DNA from: Chloroflexota bacterium
GTDB taxonomy: Bacteria > Chloroflexota > Anaerolineae > DUEN01
Length of the DNA stretch: 64,000 nt
Direction of reading: 5' to 3'
Assembly: GCA_013152435.1 (NCBI GenBank)
Contig: JAADGJ010000059.1
Coordinates: forward strand, 24,558 to 88,557
A program made the translations under genes and the position numbers. The notes under the pieces were generated by a model. That model saw nothing but the letters and a program-made list of their open reading frames with translations. It had not been told where the DNA came from and searched no databases. Shown here in pieces: positions 26,372 through 33,313 of this stretch. Position 1 is the first letter of the stretch. Every line of letters starts with the position of its first letter.

Positions 26372-27520
26372 CTACGACGATGTATAGCGCCGACAGAATC
26401 GGTCGAACAGATCATCCAGCTCCTCGGGCGTGAGATCCCCATCGATCAGAAGGGCCAGACCCTCGGGGCGTAGCGCCTCGCACAGGGAGAGCACCTCGTC
26501 AGGGGGACAGATCACCAGGACGGATCGTCCCTTTTGTTGGATCTTGCGGAACATATCCACCCAGGCCAGGGCCGAAGGCGTGCCCGCGCCCGGGGTGAAC
26601 TGGATGGCCTGGATCTCGGGCACCGACAGCAGCGCGTCGATGTGGGTGGCCGCCCCGGGGCCGTCCAGATGGAAGACCGCCCGGCCGACGGTCGCCGCCT
26701 GGCGGGCGATGTCCGGCAGGAACAGGCGCTCGAACTCCCGTGGCCCGATCATGAAGTTGAAATCGCAGGCGGGGATCATGTAGGGGCGGTTCGACCACAG
26801 GCCGAGCCAGTGGATCAGCCCCGCGCCCCGCCCGAGGACGATCCGATACATCTCCGTGAAGACCTGTCGCCAGGCGGGGTAGATGGCATCGATGGCGGCG
26901 CGCACGCGGTCGGGCTGGTCGATGACGTCCATGCAGAGCTGGGTGGCTCCCCGCAGGTTGAGCAGCACGTCGGCCGATCCGCCCAGATCCGGCGTGCAGA
27001 CCAGGTAGCGTCCCACCGCATCCTTGGCCACGCGCTGCAACAGGTGGCGCAACAGCTTCCACCACGGATTGTCCTCATGGATGGTCCAATCGGGCGCGTT
27101 GGACCAGTCGTCGTTGATGAAGGCGTGCGTCCACCCCGTGTCGGCGCCGAACTCCAGCTTTCCTCCGAACATCCCGCTCAGCAGCACCGGCCCGAAGTCG
27201 GCGCGAATGTAGGGCAGCGCGTCGCCGACCCGGTGGAGCTGTCTCAGGTCCGCGTATTTGGCCTCGAACCAGGCGTCGGGGTCATGGAGCAGCTCCAGCC
27301 GTCGGGTGATGGGGCGTGAGGGATCGGTGTTGGCCGTCGCCATGAAGATGGGACGGTCCAGTAGCTCGTGGGCCCACCACGCCTCGAAGCGCCGGGCGAT
27401 GGTGGGGAAATCCGGACAGAACGCCAACGGCTCGGTGGCGATCCGCTGCAATGTGCTTGCCCAGTCCGACAGCTCCGCGATGGGCGTGATCGGCGGATAG
27501 GTGATCGGTGAAGCGCTCAT
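26372..27520 (-). CDS. hypothetical protein (possibly uroporphyrinogen decarboxylase / methyltransferase-like TIM barrel)
   Basis: 382-aa ORF in an operon with the membrane protein and cytochrome c genes. The fold assignment is weak. Confidence 0.5.
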   Translation of the reverse strand: MSASPITYPPITPIAELSDWASTLQRIATEPLAFCPDFPTIARRFEAWWAHELLDRPIFMATANTDPSRPITRRLELLHDPDAWFEAKYADLRQLHRVGDALPYIRADFGPVLLSGMFGGKLEFGADTGWTHAFINDDWSNAPDWTIHEDNPWWKLLRHLLQRVAKDAVGRYLVCTPDLGGSADVLLNLRGATQLCMDVIDQPDRVRAAIDAIYPAWRQVFTEMYRIVLGRGAGLIHWLGLWSNRPYMIPACDFNFMIGPREFERLFLPDIARQAATVGRAVFHLDGPGAATHIDALLSVPEIQAIQFTPGAGTPSALAWVDMFRKIQQKGRSVLVICPPDEVLSLCEALRPEGLALLIDGDLTPEELDDLFDRFCRRYTSS

Positions 27521-27533
27521 CCTTCCCCCTCCC

Positions 27534-29054
27534 TCAATCAGGCCAGCTCCAGGGCAGCGTGTTCTGGTAGACCCAGGCGATGGTGTGGAATGCCTGCGTG
27601 GCGATGAGCAGGATCCCGGCCTCGAGCTGCGCGCTGCGTTCGGGAAGCGCAGCCATCAGGCGATCCACCGTCAGCAGCGTGAGGGGGACCGCCGCGGGGG
27701 CGAAAAGATCCCAATCCCGTTGCCCCCCGTAGTCTGGGTTCCACGTCCAGATGAAGAGCAGGTAGAGGCCGGCTGCGATCGCCAGGAGGCGGGTCCACGT
27801 CGATCCGGTGCGCACGCGCGGCCAGGCGAGGGCCGCCAGCGCGACGAGCGTCCATAGCGCCATGGGCGCCGTCAACAGCTGCTCATTCAGCATATCGACC
27901 AGGTGTCCCCAGGAGAACATGGTGTAGTGTTCCCAGCGGGTGGTCGCGGCGAATAGGGGCACGAACCATTTGCCATCGCCTCCCCCCGGCCGATCCTCTC
28001 CGACCAGGTAGCGGAGGCCGTGCCCGCCCTGTTCCATCAGGAGGATAACACCGCCGGCCACGATCACCATCGGCAGGATGATCTGCCATGCGGCCGCGCC
28101 GTAGCGCCGCTCTTCGCCCTTTCGCGCCCAAACCCATCCCAGGTACAACAAAGAGGGAGCCAGCACGATGCTCGATGGGTGCAGCGCGTGGGTGAGCGCG
28201 AGCGCCGTCGCGGGCCAGAGGAGCGGGATCTGGTCTTGCAGGCAGCGCCACGCCAGCCACAGGTAGATCATCATCCCCAGCGTCATCAGGGAGTAGTTCT
28301 CCACGTATCCGAAGAACAGTTGTATGGTGCCCAGCGTGGCGACCAGGCCGAAGGTGATCGCCGCCGCGTACCGATCACGGGATGTTTCGATGGCTAGGCG
28401 TGCCAGCGCGTAGAGAAAGATCCCGCCCGCCAGCACACTGGTGAGCGCGTAGGGGGGCATCGCGTCGCTCCAGCCCCACAGTCGGTGGCCCAGCGCCCAC
28501 AGCTGCGCGTGCAGATAGACGGTCAGCGGCGCCTGCCAGGTGTACGTGAGATGGACATCGGGGTGCGCGATCGCCTGGCTGAGGATATACGCGTCGCCCC
28601 AGCGGGTGTGGACCAGGCGGAATCGCCAGAACAGTGGCAGGCCGATCAGGGCCAGCAGCAGAGGCAGTCGTCGGATGGTCACGCGAGCCAGGATGCGCTC
28701 GGCGAACGCCGCTGCCCGCCGCGTGATGGGAGGATAGCAGAGGAGAACTGCCAGCCCGGCCAGGGGCCAGCGCGCCCATGGCGGGAGATAGGTCGTCGGC
28801 CACAGGCCCCACGCGCGGGTCTCCCCAAGGGCGGGCGCCGATAGGTGCAGGGCGATGATGATCAACGCGATGGCGCGCAGACCGGTGAGGAGCCGAAGCG
28901 ATCGCTCCGAGATCCGGGAGACGTGATTGGATGACGAGTTAGCAGGCGTAGGCACCGTGTTGACCACCCCGCTGATGCGGTGGGCGCCGGGTTTGGAGGG
29001 CACGGCGATCAGTTCAGGTCGCCCTGGGGCCCTCGTTGCCACACGATGTGGCAT
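27534..29054 (-). CDS. polytopic integral membrane protein (GT-C / ArnT-like topology?), function unknown
   Basis: At least 10 hydrophobic segments. It overlaps the 3' end of the cytochrome gene by 46 nt, so the true start may be internal. Confidence 0.55.
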   Translation of the reverse strand: MPHRVATRAPGRPELIAVPSKPGAHRISGVVNTVPTPANSSSNHVSRISERSLRLLTGLRAIALIIIALHLSAPALGETRAWGLWPTTYLPPWARWPLAGLAVLLCYPPITRRAAAFAERILARVTIRRLPLLLALIGLPLFWRFRLVHTRWGDAYILSQAIAHPDVHLTYTWQAPLTVYLHAQLWALGHRLWGWSDAMPPYALTSVLAGGIFLYALARLAIETSRDRYAAAITFGLVATLGTIQLFFGYVENYSLMTLGMMIYLWLAWRCLQDQIPLLWPATALALTHALHPSSIVLAPSLLYLGWVWARKGEERRYGAAAWQIILPMVIVAGGVILLMEQGGHGLRYLVGEDRPGGGDGKWFVPLFAATTRWEHYTMFSWGHLVDMLNEQLLTAPMALWTLVALAALAWPRVRTGSTWTRLLAIAAGLYLLFIWTWNPDYGGQRDWDLFAPAAVPLTLLTVDRLMAALPERSAQLEAGILLIATQAFHTIAWVYQNTLPWSWPD

Positions 29055-29707
29055 CGATCACAGGCCGGGAAGACGATCTCCTCGGACAGAAAGTCCAGCT
29101 CCTGTGGGATATCCCGGTGGCTGACGTGACAATCGCTACAGTACAGGACGTTCGCGTCCGCGTCCGCCCGGACGACGGGGTCCGCATTGTACTCCGGCAG
29201 GTAGAAGTGGTAGTGATTCTCGAAGTCTTGGTCGTCGATGGCCTCTTCATGGCAGCGCGTGCAGCTCGCGTTGGGAAGCCAATCGAATCGTGAGCGCCCG
29301 ACCGCCTGTGTCCCCTCGTCACCGAGCAGCCATTTCACCGTGTTTCGGGCGCCCAGCGTCAGGGCGATCGCCCTGTGTCGCAGGCTTTGATCCCCCCGGT
29401 GGCAGGCCACGCAGTTGACGACGCCTCGTGTTTCCCCTCCGGGGGACTGATAGAACTCCTCCTCGTCGTCCTCTTCCTCCTCCCATTCGCCTCTGACGGT
29501 GACGGCGTAGTGGAAGGCCGCCAGGTTGGGGCTGTAGTCCGGCGTGGCCTGCTCGGCCTGATTGACGTAGCGCACCTCCGAGGGGCGATGGCAACTGGCA
29601 CAGAACCGGTTATCCTCCTCCAGATGGCTCACGACGATGGCTGGGATCAGCCCTGCCAGCAATCCTGCGATGAGGATGGCTAAGATCGTTCGTGCCCGGC
29701 CGGGCAT
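29009..29707 (-). CDS. membrane-anchored pentaheme c-type cytochrome (NapC/NirT/NrfH-like)
   Basis: N-terminal transmembrane helix. Five CxxCH motifs (CASCH, CVACH, CTRCH, CSDCH, CDRCH) plus an acidic EEEEDDEEE insert. Confidence 0.75.
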   Translation of the reverse strand: MPGRARTILAILIAGLLAGLIPAIVVSHLEEDNRFCASCHRPSEVRYVNQAEQATPDYSPNLAAFHYAVTVRGEWEEEEDDEEEFYQSPGGETRGVVNCVACHRGDQSLRHRAIALTLGARNTVKWLLGDEGTQAVGRSRFDWLPNASCTRCHEEAIDDQDFENHYHFYLPEYNADPVVRADADANVLYCSDCHVSHRDIPQELDFLSEEIVFPACDRCHIVWQRGPQGDLN

Positions 29708-29799
29708 GCAGGCCTCCTGCTCTTCTCGGGTACGTAGAGGATGTTCGATTCGTCCATCGGGGGAGGCGTGGGCCTATCATATCACACCGCGTGGACTCA

Positions 29800-29960
29800 T
29801 GTCTAATGGATGGAAAGGAGAAAGTATCTTCGGGCGGAGGGGAGTCCCTCTCCGGCCTGCACCTGCCTTGCTCGGCCCTTTCCGAAGGATCCAGGCCGGG
29901 GCCGGGCAGGTCGAAGGCAGAATCGGAGGGGGGATCGTGCGGCCGGTCCGAGGAGATGGC
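29800..29960 (-). repeat. degenerate or partial family-1 repeat, copy C (reverse orientation)
   Basis: Core 29835-29935 is the reverse complement of the family-1 central inverted-repeat segment (ttctgccttcgacctgccc..ggccgagcaaggcaggtgcagg). The termini have diverged. Confidence 0.45.
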
Positions 29961-30077
29961 AGCCTGTCCTGCCACGCCTCCCGGGAATTCATTGACGAGC
30001 CCGTGCTGCGCCCGTATAATGCCCACGCGACGCAACGATGGCGCGTCCTCTAGCATGGGCTATGGAGGGATGAGGAT

Positions 30078-30692
30078 ATGGCTCGCATGTTGGAAGCACC
30101 GATGTATCCGGTTGCTGGAGAAGTTTCCCTCGACCCGCGGCGCACCGCCGTGGTGGTGGTGGATATGCAAAACGACTTCGTGAAGCCGGATGGGAAGCTT
30201 CACGTTCCCAGCGCTCAGGAGGCCGTGGAGCCGATCGCCCGACTGTTGGAGCGGGCGCGAGAGGCGGGCGTTCTGATCATTTATACGCAGGATCTGCATG
30301 GCGAGGATGATCCCGAGTATGGGATCTGGGGGGAGCACGTGAAGGCAGGCACCTGGGGGGCGGAGATCATCCCGGAGCTGGCTCCCCAGCCGGGGGATGA
30401 GATCGTACAGAAGCCTCGCTACGATGCCTTCTACGCCTCTCGCATGGAGGACGTGCTGCACTCACATTGGGAGGTGGACACGCTGATCATCACGGGCACG
30501 GTGACCAATATCTGCGTGCTCCACACGGCCGGAAGCGCGGCGCTGCGCTGGTATCGGATCGTGGTCCCGAAGGACGCCGTGGCCGCCCTGAACGAGTTCG
30601 ACCAGGAGGCCGCGTTGCATCAGATCGACTTCCTGTACAAGGGGACGATCACCACGGTGGATGCGATCCGTTTTGACGCTGACGAGGGATGA
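30078..30692 (+). CDS. isochorismatase-family cysteine hydrolase
   Basis: VVVDMQNDF, a Lys residue and the catalytic Cys context GTVTNICVLHTA. ATG with GGAGGG RBS. Confidence 0.8.
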   Translation: MARMLEAPMYPVAGEVSLDPRRTAVVVVDMQNDFVKPDGKLHVPSAQEAVEPIARLLERAREAGVLIIYTQDLHGEDDPEYGIWGEHVKAGTWGAEIIPELAPQPGDEIVQKPRYDAFYASRMEDVLHSHWEVDTLIITGTVTNICVLHTAGSAALRWYRIVVPKDAVAALNEFDQEAALHQIDFLYKGTITTVDAIRFDADEG

Positions 30693-30714
30693 GTAGACAT
30701 TACTACGGGATAAC

Positions 30715-30812
30715 CCGAAGGAGCAAAGCCCCCCGGAAAGATCTCTTTCTCCGGCCTCCGATCTGCCGGGCCTCGGCCCAGATCCCCACACAAAGGACCG
30801 AGGCCCGGCAGG
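30715..30812. repeat. short family-1-like hairpin fragment
   Basis: ccggaaagatctctttctccgg, then ctgccgggcctcggcc..ggaccgaggcccggcag, echoing the family-1 internal palindrome. Confidence 0.3.
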
Positions 30813-30837
30813 TGCTGGCTGGGAGGTGAGAGCTCTG

Positions 30838-31038
30838 GGGAGGGAGAATCTGCCTCCCCATTGGTATCAACTTAAGCGATATGGAAGCGTGGCCCCGCAT
30901 CTCTGGGGTGGTTCGGAGGGGCTTCCCCTCCGCCCCCCCCTTTCAGGTGCGACCGCCCGTGGAGGGAAAAGGTGGCAGGCAGGGGCCTCGCTCATGCTGT
31001 TCAGTTGATGCGAATAGGAGGGAGAATCTGCCTCCCCT
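30838..31038 (+). repeat. family-2 structured intergenic repeat, copy D (157-bp core 30860-31016 flanked by 21-nt direct repeats GGAGGGAGAATCTGCCTCCCC)
   Basis: Core attggtatcaac..ctgttcagttgatgcgaat is shared with 45801-45957 and 60281-60427. The flanking direct repeats are themselves hairpins. Confidence 0.7.
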
Positions 31039-31183
31039 TGGGAGGGCACAGAGGTAGGGAGCACCTTCGGGCGCCGAGCCGGCGAATTTTCCGGTGTGCT
31101 CTCCGCGAATGGCTCGATGTTCGACGGGGCGTGGACGGAAGGCGTCGAAGGGAGCCTGCCTCCATGGACGGGCCGTGATGACG

Positions 31184-32356
31184 CTATTCGAAGAAGGAGG
31201 CCCCTTCTTGTAGGTGCGCTCGTGCGACCTCCTCGTTTAGCGTAATCCCCAGCCCGGGCTCGTCCGGCAGCGCGATGTAGCCGTCCTGGATAAGCGGCGT
31301 GTCGCCGACGACCAGGTCATCCCACCACGGCACCTCCTGGGCGTGGAACTCGAGGATGAAAAAGTTGCGCATGCTGGCGCAGGAGTGGCACGCGGCCATG
31401 GTGGCGATGGGGCTGGAGACGTTGTGAGCGGCCATGGGGATGTAGTAGATGTCGGCTAAGTCGGCGATCTTTTTAGCCTCCAGCAGGCCGCCCACTTTGG
31501 GGATATCGGGTTGGACGATGTCGACCGCCTGAGTGGTGATTATGGGACGCAGCCCATGGCGCGTGTAGTGGTTCTCGCCGGAGCAGATCGGGACCGGCGA
31601 GTGCTCGGTGACGCGCTTTAGCGCCTCGACGTTGTCGGGCGGCGTGGGATCTTCCATCCACATCAGACGGAAGGGCTCCAGTTCCTGGGCCAGTTTGATG
31701 ACATCACGGGTGTTGTAGTTCCAGTGGCAGTCCACGGCCAGGTCCACGTCGGGGCCGATGGCCTCACGTACGGCGCCGACCAGGCTGACCATGAGATCGA
31801 TCTCCCGGGTGGAGAGGGGGCGTTGCTGGCCCTGGAGCCATCCCTTACGTGCGCCGACGCCTACGTGGTAGGGATCCCGGAATCGTTCGGGGGCGATGTT
31901 GTCGAGATCGAACTTGATGGCGGTGAATCCCTCGGCGACCGCCTGTTGGGCGTGCTCAGCCCACGCGGCCGGTGTAGGTTCGGCGCCATGACCGCAGTCC
32001 GCGTATACCCGGATCCGATCTCGATATCGCCCGCCCAACAGGTTGTAGATCGGCGTGCCCAGGGCCTTCCCCTTGATGTCCCACAGGGCCAGCTCGATGC
32101 CGCTGATGGCGGCCACGACGGCGCCGCCGGTGGATCCGGCCCCAGACATCCCCCGCACCATCTTCTGGTACAGCCAATCGATGTTGTGCGGGCTTTCGCC
32201 TATCAGCAGCGGCTTCATGCGGCGCACGATGGTCTCCACGCCGGCGCCCCAGTAGCACTCCCCCAATCCGATGATCCCCTGGTCCGTGTACACGCGGACC
32301 AGGATCCATTCGAAGTTCCCCTGTACGACGGCGGTTTTCACGTCAGTGATCTTCAT
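31184..32356 (-). CDS. enolase-superfamily dehydratase (D-galactonate / D-mannonate dehydratase-like)
   Basis: MKITDVKT..GLGECYWGAG N-terminal capping domain, and barrel acidic ligands (VDCHWN, WMEDP). The protein is 390 aa. Confidence 0.8.
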   Translation of the reverse strand: MKITDVKTAVVQGNFEWILVRVYTDQGIIGLGECYWGAGVETIVRRMKPLLIGESPHNIDWLYQKMVRGMSGAGSTGGAVVAAISGIELALWDIKGKALGTPIYNLLGGRYRDRIRVYADCGHGAEPTPAAWAEHAQQAVAEGFTAIKFDLDNIAPERFRDPYHVGVGARKGWLQGQQRPLSTREIDLMVSLVGAVREAIGPDVDLAVDCHWNYNTRDVIKLAQELEPFRLMWMEDPTPPDNVEALKRVTEHSPVPICSGENHYTRHGLRPIITTQAVDIVQPDIPKVGGLLEAKKIADLADIYYIPMAAHNVSSPIATMAACHSCASMRNFFILEFHAQEVPWWDDLVVGDTPLIQDGYIALPDEPGLGITLNEEVARAHLQEGASFFE

Positions 32357-32591
32357 CTTGCAGCCTCCCTTCGCCTGAGGAACCCGCTTATGGCCGCGAT
32401 GACAATGGCGGGTTGAGGAAAGACGATGGCCTCTACCTTATCGCAAAACCCGGGGTTCCGCAAGCGTCTTTGCGGTTTCGATAGCGAGAGGCCCGCAGGT
32501 TACTGGCTCAAGTCCCGGCCAGGCGGGCGAGGGCGGGGGAAGGGCTGCTCACATTTTCGTGGGTGCTATCAAACGTGTCTTGGAGAGGGAA

Positions 32592-33233
32592 ATGATCGCT
32601 TTCGTCTCGGATATCCATGGGAATCTGGCCGCCTTGGAGGCCGTTGTGGAGGACGCCCGCGGCCAGGGGGCGCAGCGCTTCGTCTGTCTGGGGGATGTGG
32701 GCAGCTCAGCCTGCCTGGACCTTCTGTCCGAGATCAGGGCCGTGTGCGTGTTTGGCAATTGGGAGGTGTCCGGCTGGCATCGGTACGCCGAACGTCACCG
32801 ATCCTGGGTGCGCGGGTGGCCGCCGTTGTGGGGCGAGGACCGGTGGGTGGCGGCACACGCTTCGCCCGACTGGCCAGAGGACGTGGATTCCGTGGAGGCG
32901 GCGGAGGCCTATCGCCGCCGACATGGCCTGTCCTGGCTGGCGATGTTTCCAGCCCTGCACCGGGATGCGGAGGCTCGCTGGCGAGCCCTGGCGGCCATGG
33001 AGCTCAGGGGAGTGCAGATCGCCTTTCATGGCCATACGCATGTGCAGGAGGTGTGGCAGTGGGGAGCGGACCGTCGTTTGGTGCGTGTTCCATCCGCTGA
33101 CTTGGAGGTCGTCCACGGCAGTCGCTACCTGGTGGGCGTGGGGAGCGTGGGGAATCCGCGGGATGTCTACGGGGCCTGCTACGCGTTGTGGGAGCCACCA
33201 GGGCGGGTGCGCCTGTTGCAGGTGTCTACCTGA
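32592..33233 (+). CDS. calcineurin-like metallophosphoesterase
   Basis: DIHGN, GD, GNWE (GNHE-like) and HGHTH motifs. ATG preceded by GGAGAGGG; a GTG at 32559 is in frame. Confidence 0.7.
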   Translation: MIAFVSDIHGNLAALEAVVEDARGQGAQRFVCLGDVGSSACLDLLSEIRAVCVFGNWEVSGWHRYAERHRSWVRGWPPLWGEDRWVAAHASPDWPEDVDSVEAAEAYRRRHGLSWLAMFPALHRDAEARWRALAAMELRGVQIAFHGHTHVQEVWQWGADRRLVRVPSADLEVVHGSRYLVGVGSVGNPRDVYGACYALWEPPGRVRLLQVST

Positions 33234-33313
33234 CAGAGGGGGAGGCGGGCAAAGGCGGCCTGGATGCCGTCCTCGCCCGCCTCCTCCCATTTGCTCGGCG
33301 TGGCGTGGTGGGG

